Assembly: GCA_028534125.1 (NCBI GenBank)
Contig: CM052816.1
Coordinates: 76,324,001-76,388,000, forward strand
Direction: 5' to 3'
Length of the DNA: 64,000 bases
Source: Lama glama
Lineage: Eukaryota
Positions within the stretch are counted from its first letter, which is position 1. The number at the start of each line of letters is the position of its first letter. Position numbers and translations under genes: made by a program. Below the pieces are notes generated by a model that saw only the letters and a list, made by a program, of their open reading frames with translations, did no database searches and was not told the DNA's origin. This document shows positions 1 through 13,239 of the stretch, one piece after another.

Positions 1-3000
1 TCTATTTTTTAAAATATTTTATTTCTTTCTTTCCTTCTTCTAACTTTGGGTTTTGTTTCTTCTTCTTTTTCTAGTTCTTTTAGGTGTAAGGTGTTTATTT
101 GAGATTTTTCTTGTTGCATGAGATATGCTTGTATTGCTAGAAACTTTTTAGAACTGCTTTTGCTGAGTCCCATAGGTTTTGTATTATTGTGTTTTCATTT
201 TTGCTTGTCTCCAAGTATTTTTTTATCTCCTCTTTGAGTTCTTCAGTTCCCCCATTGGTTTTTAGTAGCATATTATTTAGCCTCCACATTTTTGTGTTTT
301 TGAAGTTTTTTTTTCTCTTGTGGTTGATTTTAGTCTCATAGCATTGTGGCCAGGAAAGATGCTTGATATAATTTCAGTCTTCTTAAGTTTATTGAAACTT
401 GTTTGTGGCCTATCATGTGGCCTATCCTGAAGAATGTTCCATGTGCACTCAAAAAGAATGTGTATTATGCTGTTTTGGGGTGGAATGTTCTATATTATGT
501 CATGCTTGTCTAAAATGTCTTTTAAGACCAATATTTTCTTATTTACTTTTTGTCTAGATAATCTGTCCAGTAGTAATAATTGAGATAAGTGGGAAATTAA
601 AGTCCCCTGTTATTGTGTTACTGACAGTTTCTCCCTTTTATTTGTTAATATTCGCTCTATGTGTTTAAGTGCTTTTATATTAGGTGCATATATGTTTATA
701 AGTGTTATATATTCTTGTTGGATTGATTCCTTAATCATTAAGTAATGGTCTTCTTTGTCTCTTATTACACTCTTTGTTTTAAAATCTATTTTTTTCTGAT
801 GTAAGTATTGCTATCTCAGCTTTCTTTCATTTCGTTAGCATGGAATAATTTTTTCTACCCCCTCACTTTCAGTCTGTGTGTGTCTCTTTTAGACAAAGTT
901 ATATGGGTCTTGTTTTTTATCCATTCAGCCACCCTATGTCTTTTGATTGGCACATTTAATCTATTTACATTTAAGGTAATAATTGATAGTATGTATCTAT
1001 TGCAATTGTATTAATTATTTCCAGGTTATTTTCTAGTTCTTTGTGTTTCTTTTTTCTTCCGTTGCTCTCTTACTTTGTGATTTGATGACTATACTTATTG
1101 TTGTGTTTGGTTTCCTTTCTATTTGTTTGTGTATATCTGCTATAGATTTTTGGTTTGTAGTTACCATGAGTTTTAGATTTAACAACCTACGTATATACGT
1201 GATTATTTTATGTTGATGGTCTCTTAAGTTCTAATATCTTTTAAAAACCTTGCATTTTTACTCTTCCCTCCATGTTTATTGTTTTTGGTATCATATTTTA
1301 CATCTTTTTGTCTTGTATATAACTTAACTACTTATTGTGGATATAGATAATTTTACTACTTTTGTTTTTTAATCTTCCTACTAGCTTTATAAGTGGTTGA
1401 TCTACTACCTTTACCCAGTGTTTGCCTTTACCAGTGAGATTTCTCCTTTCATAATTTTATTTTTCCAGGTGTAGTCTCTTTTTTTCCACTTAGGGAAGTC
1501 CCTTTAACATTTCTCATAAATCTGGCTTAGTGATGCTGAACTCTTAGCTTTTACTTGTCTATAAAAACTCTCTGTCTCTCCTTCAAATCTGAATGGGGGC
1601 CCTGCCAGGTAGAGTATTCTTTGTTGTAGGTTTTTCCCTTACATTACTTGGAATACATCATGCCACTCCCTTCTGGCCTGAAAATTTCTGCTGAAAAATT
1701 AGCTTGTAGTCTCTTGGGAGTTCTTTGTACATAACTGGTTGCTTTTTCTTGCTGCTTTTAAGATTCTCTCTTTACCTTTTGACATTTTAATTATAGTGTG
1801 TCATGGTGTGGACTTCTTTGGGTTCATCTTGTTTTAGACTCTGTGCTTCCTGGACCTAGGTATCTGTTTCCTTTCCCAGATTAGGGAAGTTTTCAGCTAT
1901 TATTTCTTGAAATATGTTACCCTTTTCTTTCTCTCTTCTCCTCCTGAGACCTCTATAATGCAAATATTGATATGCTTGGTATTGTCCCAGAAATCTCTTA
2001 AACTGTCCTCATTTATTTTAATTCTTTTTTTCTGTTCAGATTGAATAATTTCCACTACTGTGTCTTCCAGTTCACTGATCTGTTCCTCTGTACCTTCTAA
2101 TTTTGTGCTGAATCCTTCAAGTGTATTTTTTATTTCATTATTGTATTCATCAGCTCTTTTTGGTTCTTTATATTTTCTCTTTGTTAAAATTCATACTGTG
2201 TTCATTTATTCTTTTCCTGAGCTCATTGAGTATCTTTATGATCATTACCTTGAACTCTTTATTGAATTTATTGCTCATCTCCGTTTCACTTAGGTCTTCT
2301 TCTGGCATTTTGTCCTTTTCTTTTGTTTGGAACATATGCCTCTATCTTTTTATTTTGCCTTAATTCTCTGTTTTTATTTCTATGTATTAGGTAGGTTGAT
2401 TACATCCCTCAATCTTGGAGAAGTGGCCTTATGTAGGTGACATTCTTTGGGGCACAACAGTACACTCCCTTCTGGTCACCAGAGCTTTGTGTTCCAGGGG
2501 TGCCATATTTTTGGTCTACATGCCCTTTTATTGTGTTGAGGCCAGCTACTGTGGGTGCACTGATAGGTAGGGATGACACCTGGCTCAGATGGCCTGCTTT
2601 GTGTTGTGGCTGTCAGCCTGCTGGTGGGTGGGGCTGGGTCCCGGCATGGCTGGATGTGGGGCCAGGGGTCTTTGGACTGGTGATGATCCACTGGTGTGCT
2701 GGGCCTTGGCTGGCTGTGCTACACAGGGGTCTGGGGTTAGTGCTGACCTTCTGGTGGGTGGAGCCTGGTGCCAGGGCAGCTGGCTATGGGTCTTGAGGGG
2801 ACTGGGGCTGATACTGGCCCAGTGGTAGATGGCCTGGGTCTTGGGGCAGCTACCTGTAGAGACCAGGAGGCCTGGGTCTAGTGTTGGCCTCCAACAGATA
2901 GGACTGGGTCCTGAAGTAGCTTGCTGTTCAGCTTAAGAGTTCCTGGGACTGATGCCAGCCTGCTGGTGGGCAGGTAAGTCTTGGTGCTAACAGGCTAGAA

Positions 3001-3597
3001 GAACTCCAAAATAGTGATTACCAGCACCAGTGTCCTTGTGGTAGAAAGAGCTTCCAAGAATGGCTGTAGCCAGCATCTGTATCCCCAAGGGGAGTCCTAG
3101 TTGCCTCCTACCTCTCCAAAAGGGTCTCTAAGATCGGTAAGTGGGTCTGATCCAGACTCCTTTGAGATTACTGTCTCTGCTCTGGGACTTGGACTGTGTC
3201 AGATTTTGAGCATACTCTTTAAGAGTGGAGTCTATTTCTGATAGCCCTCTGGTTCTCCCATACTCAAGTCCTGCTGGTTTTAAAAGCCAGATGTTCTGAA
3301 AGCTTGTCTTCCCAGTGGAAGATCCTTGGGCTGAAAGACCCCTTTCTTCTTGGGGGAAACCTCTGCAGTTGCGATTATCCTTCTGTTTATGGATCATTTA
3401 CCCTGGAATATAGGTCTTAATTATACCATGTCTCCACCCTTCCTACCCATCTTGTTGTAGTTTCTTCTGTATATCTTAGTTATGGGAAATATTTTCTGCT
3501 AGTCTTCAGGTCTTCTAGATAGCTGCTTGGTAAAAAGCTGTAATTTTGGTGTGCCCCTGGGAGGAGGTGAGCTCTTCCTACTTTCCATCTTGACCAT
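1..3597 (-). mobile_element. LINE-1, 5' half (GC-rich 5'UTR ~2400-3597, degenerate ORF1 ~1470-2400, start of ORF2 endonuclease ~1005 to window edge); decayed
   Basis: Minus strand near 990-910 reads IITLNVNRLNVPIKRHRVAEWIK (L1 ORF2 N-terminus). Near 1635-1480 it reads KNLQQRILYLA...EMLKGL (ORF1 C-terminus). Frameshifts and stops are present. Confidence 0.95.
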
Positions 3598-4063
3598 CAG
3601 CTATAAAAAGCCTTCTAAATTTTTCTAGAAACAAGAGTTGTGAAAAGGTATATTTTCAGTGATGTAAAATCAGAAACATATCAATTAAATTTTACTTTAT
3701 ATATGTGAGAATTTATGTATAATAGGAAGAAATGGTTTTAGCAAAATGTAATTTGAGTTTTTAACTACGATTGATAGTTGAGACAAAGTACAATGGACTC
3801 CACGTATTTTCCTTGAATATACATGAAGTGCCAGCTTAAAGCTATATTTATATCAGAACAGTTAAATATTGGTGTAATTTATTCTTCAACTGAAGGTTAA
3901 GTTTTGATGTAGTGGGACAAGCAAGTAAGCACAGATATCTTTCTTTTCACTTGAGTTAGTCTGGATTGTACCTTATAGTGGTGATGGTGCTGTGAGTGCA
4001 TGTGAGTGAGGATGGGAGTGGAAAGGACTAGTCATAAGGGACTTAGATCCTCATCTGTGTATG

Positions 4064-4082
4064 TCGCGCCCTCTGCTGGTCA
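4064..4082 (-). promoter_or_regulatory. CTCF binding motif
   Basis: Minus strand TGACCAGCAGAGGGCGCGA matches the CTCF core consensus CCASYAGRKGGCRS, with CpGs retained in a CpG-poor region. Confidence 0.75.
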
Positions 4083-5064
4083 CGAAACACATGCTTCAGC
4101 AATCCCCTGGAAAAAGAAGTTGAAAATACTTATCCTTACCACTCTAAAATAAGCTTTCAATTCTAGACTGAGTATTAAACTTATCTCTTTAAGTCTAAAT
4201 TATAATATTAAAGGGATCGGGGTCTTTTATTTGCGAGACATAATTCAGTTTACCCCATGACCTTGGCTATGGCTAATCTATAATTAGAGATTTACTGAAT
4301 AATTTTAAAGGTTTGTTATGTGGAAATACACCTTTCTAAACAAATAAAATAAAAAATAATTATTTGAACGTAAAATATAATGATGAGTTTTAAATGCCCT
4401 CTACTTATAGGGACATTTGACATTTTAAAATTGTTATTATACTCATATTAAATGCTTGTAATAGTTTAATTTGAACGTAGAGTTTGGAAATAACCTCTAT
4501 TGGGAAAAACATTCTAGTTCTTCACATATAGTAATCACTTCTTACTTGTGGGCAAAACAAAGGCCCAGGAAACCCAACTGAGGTGTTGAGGCATGTTGAG
4601 CAAAGCCTGTCATACAATGAAGGAGAGGTTCTTCAGTGCCTACTTCCTCAGCCAGAACTGGTTTGGGCGTTGGACCAGGATTGAAGTTGTATGTTAGTAA
4701 CAAGTAGCTTGAACAGTAGATTTCAGGTAGAAAAAGCCATAATCCTGAAAACTATACCTGGAATCCATTCTCTCTGAATGTCTCTGATTTCCTCGCAAGG
4801 AAGCTTGAGGCAAGGCTTCTGAACTCCAGTTTCTTAGAGGGGACAGTTGATAAGAAGATTGGGCCGTTTACTTATTACAGGTGCAAATCATCTGTAACTC
4901 AAACACCTTTCATTAAAGATCACAAAGAAGGAAAATCCATTCTGGCTCTGTGCCTCTTGAGGAAAGTGTTAACTTTTATTGACTTTAGAGTTAACAGATG
5001 TTAACATTGATTGTAAAGCATTTGTTGAAGCTAGGAAAGGAGAGAGCAAAGATTAGTCACTCAC

Positions 5065-5383
5065 AGGGGCCCACCAATGACAGATCATGTTGAATGCTGT
5101 CCATCTGTCCAGTGTGCACACATGACCACTGTTTCAACTGTTAAACTTCCAGTCACACACTGAGAGAGCGGCAAAAGCCAGCACAATGTCAAGGAGAATC
5201 ATTAGAGGAAAACAGCACACTAGACTCCATTCTGACCACAAGTCCCTGGATAGAGCTACCACTGACGTGAGTGATTGAGAGTCATGCCAGTAGAAACAGT
5301 CGGGTCAGGGAGATGCCTTAACACCAGTTAGGAGAGATGTGATACGGGAGTCAGTCAGTCAGTCAGTCAACATTTTCCTTCCC
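5065..5383 (-). other. Candidate mostly non-coding exon of an antisense transcript
   Basis: Acceptor ttttgttttcacactatag|GGG at 5383 and donor CCT|gtgagt at 5065, in non-repetitive sequence. All three frames are closed at the 5' end. Confidence 0.3.
5349..5369. repeat. (AGTC)5 microsatellite
   Basis: agtcagtcagtcagtcagtca. Confidence 0.9.
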
Positions 5384-6149
5384 CTATAGTGTGAAAACAA
5401 AATCAGATAGTGTTGATTTGTTTTTTTAAGGAAGGGAAAAACAAGGAGAAACTATTTATTTCCATCCTTTTAAAGCCTGGGTGAGGACAGGGATTTATTT
5501 ACACACTATGTCATACAGATGTGTGTGTAAATATATATGGAAGTATGGTGATACACTCATACACACACATAGCAGAAACATATAAACTCATGAGCAATGC
5601 GTCCTTCAGAAAATCTCTGGGCTTAGTTCCTTTTTCCGTAAAAAGAAGAGATTAGACCAGTTAAATGTAATACCTCGTACAGGCCTAAATATCTGAGTCT
5701 ACATATTCAGACAATTTTACTTGTATATAAAAGTGTCTTGGAAGAAAGATTGGGAAATTTTGGAATTGGCAGAATAATGAAGATCAGCCAAATCTTCTTC
5801 AAGGAATTTTCATGAAGGAATTGGATTTTGTTTATATAGATGCTTATCTAAATTTGGCACCGAATACATGAGTTATCAAAATCCAGATAACTTACTGAAA
5901 TGTTTTTATTGAATTCTTTTTTTTTTTTTTCTGAGTTGGCAAAGACTCACGTTGAGTTTGGAAAGAGAGGAAGAGCCAGGTTTGAGAGGATGGGGTGGGA
6001 ATGACTAGTAAAGGAAATCACATAGTTTAAAATTTTAGAGTTGGAAGGTCACTTGAGATTAATGAATGCACTTTCCTACCCAAGCACAAATCCAGTCCTG
6101 AAGAGACCTGATAAGTTTTAGGGGCAGTACATGCACAAAGTAGGATAAT

Positions 6150-6810
6150 GTCATAGGTGTAAGGTAACTGAAAATGAGTAAGGGTCAGTCAGGTAAATAA
6201 AGGTGAAAAAGAAACTCTAGAAAGAAGGCACACCATGACCAAAGACCAAAGGATGTAAATAAGCATGAGGGTGAGGGGACATTACAGGTATTTCCATACA
6301 GAGAGTATTAATTGTGAAATAGGGAATGGTGGCAATGTCACATTCTGTGCTGAGCTAAGTATCCTGGAATTATTCCTTTGCCAGTAAGGGTTTTAAGTGA
6401 ACTAGTGATAAATTTAGATTTGCATCTTAAAGAGAGCAACCCAGGTGTGGCATCGAGGGTATACTTGAAGGAGGCAGGATAAGAAGCAAGCTCTTGCAAT
6501 AGACAAATAGTAATTACCGTTGGGCACGGTAGAGGGACAGAAAGGAAGGAGGAAGTGAAGGATAGACATTTCTGGAAAATCAAATCAAAGGGACGTGTTC
6601 AGTTGTTTGCTTTTAAAAAATGGTAGAGAAGACCCTCAGATTTTTGGTTTGGGTAACCATTAACATAGGGGAAAAACAGGGTGGAGGTTGAAGAGGAACA
6701 TGAGTAAGCACATGGCCTTGGACATGCTGAATTTGGGTTGCATGTGAGCTCTCTATGTGAGATGCCTAATTAACGTCAAATTTAAGGGAGGGGGCATCAG
6801 GGACAGAAAA
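6150..6810 (-). mobile_element. L2 LINE fragment
   Basis: GA-rich degenerate sequence with antisense L2 3'-region motifs (agatttgcatcttaaagagagcaacc, ttggacatgctgaatttggg). Confidence 0.6.
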
Positions 6811-7849
6811 AAATGATAATTATCATAAAAATTGAATAGTGCCTGAATATAGCATTTGAATTATTGGAGAGGATTGAGTTTAAATTCAATAGAATTGAAA
6901 AGATTTTCATTTGTTTATTTTTTGTCACTACTCAGTAGATAAGCTCAGGAAAAGATCAGACAAATTATAGGCAAAACACAACTTTTATTTTTTAGTGCAC
7001 CTGAATTTTATGAGCAATTTGATTGCCCCCACTACTTAGTAAAAGCATTTAACACATCATAATTATTCAAGTAACAGTGACCATGATTATTGCTGTTAGT
7101 TAGAATTTAACATCAATTTGAGATTGAAAGGGAAAAATGGGATGTAACAATTCTTGTTCCTTATAAAATCAAAGTCCACAAAACTTCATGTGTGATTTAT
7201 GCAATTAATTAATATTCTCATGATTGAGTGTCTGATAGAATGAGAAGAAGAATAAACAGAGCTGGGTTAAGAATGGATAATATTTTGGAAACAGATGAGT
7301 TTGGTTAATTTTGGAAGCATCACAAAGAAGCAAATGGAGAAGAATGGAAAGGCAGGTGGAGACAGATTGAAAAAGGACTACTCTTATGAAGCTAGAGCAT
7401 GGACTTGATCTTGTAGACAGTCACTGTTTAAATAGGAAGAGACTTGAACAGATAGGAGATTTTCTGATTTGCTTATGGCCCCTATGTGAAGGAAGAATGA
7501 AGCATGGAGAGTTTATAGTTACAGAGAAGCAGTTAGGGACTGAGGTGATAAGAATGGAGTGGAAACATGATGGAGAAAAATTTTATAACAATGTTGTCTG
7601 ACTCAATGGGATTGTGGAAGATGGATTTATAACAATTCACTGAGATTTCTGCCTTGAGACACAATGGTGTACATTTACTTCACTTAACAGTGAAACATTT
7701 AATCTAGTTTTCTTCTGTGAGAAAGATAAATGATTGGCACTTTTAATCTCTGTGTTTCTCATTACTAGATAAGTAAATTCAAATCATATCATTGTTCTCA
7801 CTGGTTTTCAGATAGAATATTAATCCTGAACTAATATTATTCTCTTCAG

Positions 7850-7958
7850 CATAAGGTATTTATTATTGCTTTTTTGTCATTCTTGAGTCTATTAATATCA
7901 CCAGTGACACCTTTCTTTTGGTTGGAATGCTTACATTTATTACTATTGTTTAATGCAG
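7850..7958 (+). CDS. Candidate exon A, hydrophobic / signal-peptide-like (HKVFIIAFLSFLSLLISPVTPFFWLECLHLLLLFNA-G), ends in phase 1
   Basis: Branch-like ctaat then tattctcttcag| acceptor; strong donor CAG|gtatgt; only one frame is open. In-frame GTG at 7904. Confidence 0.4.
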
Positions 7959-8154
7959 GTATGTTCAGAAGTGACTTTGAGTTAAAGTTAACAATATTCG
8001 AAGAATTAAGAGTTCAAAAAAACCCACAATCTGTAAGCGGTGATTGTATGGGAATGCTATAAGGGTGCATGATACACTCTTTTATTCCTTGATTCTTTTT
8101 AATTTTATAATCTAGGTTTAGATTTAGATGCTGTTGACTTAGTTAGGCTTACAT

Positions 8155-8645
8155 GGCAGTGCTTCTCATTTTTTTAAGCCTAACTGACTTTGAGATATGT
8201 AAATATATTTCACACATACATACATAACCATTTCACATTATGAATTATGGCCCAGTGATTTCCTTCACCTTTCAGGATTCCCCAAACAACCTGGCAAATA
8301 GTCTTGCTGTGTTTTTTATATAGCCTTTAAACAGAGTTCCATTTTAAATTGAGGTTAAATGCTCTTTTAGAACAAATTTTATTTTGTCATGAAAGCGCCA
8401 TTTTTCAGTGAATTCCCTGGAGCCGCAGTCTTCAAGCTTTTTTTGGCTCCAAATCTCTTTATGCTTTATGTTTTGGGCGTGCACATCCTTAATGTTTGAC
8501 TCGATAAAAGTTAGCTGGATTTTCATACCTGCATCTGCATTCAAACTGTTGCAACAGGCTGTTTTGTTGAAGTACAGGGGCAAAAATGTGCCTTTACACA
8601 GATACGTAGTTGAAAGGATTTGTGGACCACATTTTGAGAATTAAT
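8155..8645. mobile_element. hAT-Charlie DNA transposon remnant (Charlie1-like core ~8480-8620)
   Basis: agctggattttcatacctgcatctgcattcaaactgttg...acacagatacgtagttgaaagga resembles Charlie1; the ends cagtgcttctca / ttttgagaa look like hAT TIRs. Confidence 0.55.
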
Positions 8646-9386
8646 AGTCTATGAAAATTTGCTTCCTTTTAAAAAGGAAATGAAATTGTAGGCAAAATTT
8701 TACCTTTGGCTCATCTATGTCCTCTCTTTTCTTTAAATTTACTAATAAAATGAAAATAATAGGTGTTAATGAGTTTAGGGATCCCACTGAAAAATGTCTC
8801 TGAAAGTTGAGTACACATGCCCATGCTTACATTCCTTTCCTCATGACCAAACACCTCATGATTCTTACAACAATGAGTGACATGACATAGATTATATATA
8901 ATCTCATGTCATCATGGCAAGTCTAGTAGGTATTATTATTCATGTGCTATAGCTACAATATATGAGAGGTCTACTGTATAAGAAAATGTTTTTCTTGAAG
9001 AATGTGGGAAATACAGAGAACTCAGTGTGCTCTATGCAGAGAATAAATATGAAAGAACTAGGATAAAATATATGATTATGACTCCATAAAATATTTTAGT
9101 GCTTAAATCTGTAAGCTAACTTAGATATAATGGGCATGGACATAGTTAGATTCCATTTAACTCTGCCCTTGGAAACTAAATATGATCTCCATACCAAATA
9201 GGGTATGTGTTACCATTGCCTAATACCTCATTTAATTCTTAGAAAAGCATAATGAATTTGCTAAGTAACAGTTGGTGCATAAAGTAAAATAATCATTCCA
9301 GAAAACCAGCTGATCATTATGGTCTTTTATTGATTAGCTTATATGCAAATATTGAATGATGTTTAAAAACATACACACGTGTATAG

Positions 9387-9442
9387 GAACTGAATTATTA
9401 AACGAGGTGTTTCATCCTCTGGAGGAAAACAACAGATACGAG
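9387..9442 (+). CDS. Candidate exon B (G-TELLNEVFHPLEENNRYE), phase 1 to 0
   Basis: tatag|GA...GAG|gtttgt. The only open frame is the one compatible with exon A, and two CpGs are retained. The pyrimidine tract is weak. Confidence 0.35.
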
Positions 9443-10169
9443 GTTTGTATGCCTGGTTTTTAAGGCTTACTATTCTGAAAAACAGATACAGTTATTCATT
9501 ATTAAATAAATGCGTTTATCAAGTTGGGGAGAAAAATTCTATAGTTTTCAGATTGGTTCTACTTAAAGTCAAGTCTTCAAATTTCTTGAGTGGTCTTTGG
9601 GAAACATATTTCAAGCTTCATAGTTTCTTGCAAAAGAAGTTTTGAGAGTCACTTAATCTAGTGATTTCCAGTCTTTTGGATTTTGTGAACAATAAAATGC
9701 AATTTAATACAAAAGAAAAAGAGATTTGATTTTATTGCCAACTCCTCATTTTGCCAAAAAGGACATTAAAAACTAACAAATAAGAAGCAAATAAAAATCT
9801 ATTGCATATTACCACCTTTAATCATAGTGTAAAGATCTTCTTAATATCAAAAATCCAGAAGAGTAATGAATGTATGAAAAATTTAATTTAATACTTGTAT
9901 TTCTCTCAGCCCTATGCAAATGTTATATGAGAGCTACTGCCAATGGTTAAATCGCTGATCTAAAGCTCTGTAGAAGTAACCCAGGTCATGAAAATGTCTT
10001 TTATTTTAAAAGGTCATTAGGGAAGGATTTCTAGAATAGGTAAATCTTTGATAAATGGAAAAAGGATTCTAATTTTTAAATTTTTTTCTTTTCCCCCTAC
10101 CCTTTCATTTTTCCATTGAATGATGGAAAAAGGTAAAAATACACCACAATTATTCTTCACAAATGCTTC

Positions 10170-11480
10170 TTTTATTTCTGGAACATTCTTGTCCTTTTTG
10201 TGTCCTTGGCAAACTCCCATGCATATTCAGATACTCAACTCATACATCATCTTCGCTAAAAACCCTTGTTTTATCTCTCCTTAACATTAGTTGTCTTTCT
10301 TATCAGCCAGATGTGTATACCTACATCATAGTAATTCTACTAAATTGGCATAATCTATGTGTTATTACAATGTGATAATTTCTGATGTTAGTTGACAGAT
10401 GCAGTCCACTTGTATTTATTGTGATTTTTTAATTCTGTTTTATTTTTACATCTTATTTGGTAACTTTTGTTTCCTAGCTTTTCTCATGTTTTCTTTTTTT
10501 TATCTTTTCCTGCCTTATTTTGGAATGATTAAGTTTAAAAAGTTCTGTTTTCCCTTTCTTTGGGTTGAAGCTATAAACTGTTAGCTTTGCTGATTAGCTA
10601 GACATTTAGCATAATTTACAAAGTCTAAATGTAATTCATTTCTCCCCTCCTACTAATTATAAGCTGACTGGGATACTCCCTTCATAAATGTTAAGAAAGG
10701 AGTACACTATATTAGTTTTATCTTGTATTTTAATGTCCATGATTAGTGATTACTATTTATTGCTTTTATTTTAGACAAAAATGTTGTTTCTTTATATTTC
10801 CGATTAACTTACCAATCGTATTGCTCATCTTTTATTGCATATTAATCCTTCCTTCTGGCTTTCATTTTCTTCTCCTTCACGGCTACTTTTTGTTTGGTTG
10901 AAAAGTGTTTATTTTATCCTTATTCTTTAAAAAAAATTTCAAAGGGTATATGGTTCTAGTCAATCAGTTATTTTCTGTTATCTTTTAGAGATATTATTGT
11001 ACTCTTTTTCAGCTTTAATTTTATGACAAGATGACAAATAAGTCTGTCTTTAATTTTTCTTTCCCTTTTGCTGTTTTTAGAATTTGCATGCCTTTAATAG
11101 TCTAGATTCAGAGTGTGCTAAGAAATAGGTTTTATTGTATATATCCTGCTTGGGATTTATTATACTTTACAAGTGTGATTTTTTTTTTTGTCTTGTAGAC
11201 ATTTTGGAACATCCTCAGTCATTAATCTCTTTGAATGTTGCATTTTTCCTATTTTTTCTGTTAGGTCATCTATTACCTTCAATTTAATACCTTCTATGTT
11301 TTTATCTTTTTATGCTGCACTATGTGTAATTTCTCTTTTCTTTTCTCTCCTAACTTATTCTTTTCTCTAGCTATGACTTATCTACCATTTAACCTATCTA
11401 GTACATTTCACATTAAAATTATATTATCATTTTAGAATTAGAATCTTTCTTTTGTTTCTTTCAAACCTGGTCATTTATAG
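10170..11480 (-). mobile_element. Ancient L1M/HAL1-like fragment
   Basis: T-rich degenerate antisense ORF1-like motifs (gaaaagtgtttattttatcc, atcctgcttgggatttatt). Confidence 0.55.
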
Positions 11481-11867
11481 AATAGTATACAAATGAAGAA
11501 GAGAACCAGCAGTGTTTAGACTTTAAGGATCCCAAACTCAGCATTGGTCTGTGGCTGAAAGAGTTTCAGAATATGAGAGTGGTAATGGTAGAATGGTAGG
11601 CAGAAGAAGAAAGTCTATTTGTGAGCAATAAAAATAAAGGTCCTGGCTTCATGCATCACCCATCAGAGAGGGGGCCAGAGCTAAATAGTAAGATGATGGT
11701 AGTGCCACGTGGTACCTAATAAACTTTGTACATGAGCGAACATGGAATGTCCAGAAATCACCATGTAGGGTGGCATTTGCAGGAAAAGTATGGTCTCACA
11801 GTAGCAGGTAGGATTGACAATCAGTGGCTGAGCTATTACTATTAACAGGTGCTTATTTAAAACCCCA

Positions 11868-12036
11868 AACAAGGTCCTACTGTATCCCACAGGGAACTAT
11901 ATTCAATATTTTATAATAGCCTATAATCAAAAAGAGTATGAAAAGGAATATACTTATCTGTACAAATGAATCACTATGCTGTATGCCAGAAATTAAAACA
12001 ACATTGTAAACTGACTATGCTTCAATTAAAAAAAAT
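11868..12036 (+). mobile_element. 5'-truncated L1 3' end with poly(A)
   Basis: acaaggtcctactgtat...cacagggaactatattcaa...tgtaaactgactatgcttcaattaaaaaaaa; imperfect TSD taaaacc(c/t)ca. Confidence 0.9.
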
Positions 12037-12242
12037 AAAACCTCAGCCATCATGGTCTGGGGAAGCATAGGTTATAAAACAACAGTTAAGAGAAGGTTGG
12101 AGAATGACTGAACAAAAGCATTAATACTATTAGTGAAATAACAGACTATCTCAGATATAACCAACAATTTGTAAACTTGCTAAAATGGATATTTTATCAT
12201 TACCTTGTTAATATGATTTCACTGATTTTATTGGTAATGGAC

Positions 12243-13239
12243 TCCAGGCTGAATCTTTTTTTTTAATTACAGTGTTTATTTTTTGAATTATATGGTTTAT
12301 TTTTATATTTTGGATATTAAACCCCTATCAGATAGGTGTTTTGCAAATATTTTCTTCCATTCAATAGACTGCCTCTTCATTTTTTTTAATTAAGTATAGT
12401 TAGTTAAAATGTCAATTTCTGGTGTACAGCACAATATCCCAGTCATGCATATACATACATATATTTGTTTTCTTTTCCATTAAAGGTTATATTCTTTTCC
12501 ATTAAAGGTTATTACAAGATATTGAATATAGTTCCCTGTGCTATACAGAAGAAATTTGTTTTTATCTATTTTTATATATAGTCACTAACATTTGCAAATC
12601 TCACATTCCCGAATTTAGCCCTTCCCACCCCCTTTCCCCCAGTAACCATAAGATTGTTTACTATGTCTGCGAGTCTGTTCCTGTTTTATAGATGAGTTCA
12701 TTAGTGTCTTCTTCTTTTCTGTGTTTATATTCCACATATGAATGATATCATATGGTATTTTTCTTTCTCTTTCCAGCTTACTTCACTTAGAATGATGATC
12801 TCTAAGTCCATCCATGTTGCTGCAATGGCATTATTTTATTCTTTTTTATGGCTGAGTAGTATTCCATTGCATAAATATACCACATCTTCTTTATCCAGTC
12901 ATCTGCCAATGGACATTTAGATTGTTTCCATGTTTTGGCTATTGTATATAGTGCTGCTATGAACACTGGGGTGCATGTATCTTTTCAAATTAGAGTTCCC
13001 TCCAGATAAATGCCCCAAAGTGGGATTGCTGGATCATATGGTAAGTCTGTTTTTAGTTTTTTGAGGAATCTCCACACTGTTTTCCATAATAGCTGCACCA
13101 AATTGCATTCCCAACTAGAGTGTAGGAGAGTTCCCTTTTCTCCACACCCTCTCCAGCATTTATCATTCATGGATGTTTTTAATGATGACCACTCTGACTG
13201 GGTGAGGTGATACCTCATTGTAGTCCAGGCTGAATCTTT
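12243..13239 (-). mobile_element. 5'-truncated L1 (12380-13223) carrying a 3'-transduced segment (12265-12379), with 16-bp TSD
   Basis: TSD tccaggctgaatcttt at 12243-12258 and 13224-13239; two T-tracts; ORF2 C-terminal motif MRYHLT...[14 protein letters not shown]...PYDPAIPL in ORF 12985-13218. Confidence 0.95.

Noticed and set aside
2437..2828. 119-aa and 79-aa ORFs in the GC-rich block
   Set aside because: They lie antisense within the L1 5'UTR and its degenerate ctggtgggtggggctgggtcc repeats, and show no protein-family signal.
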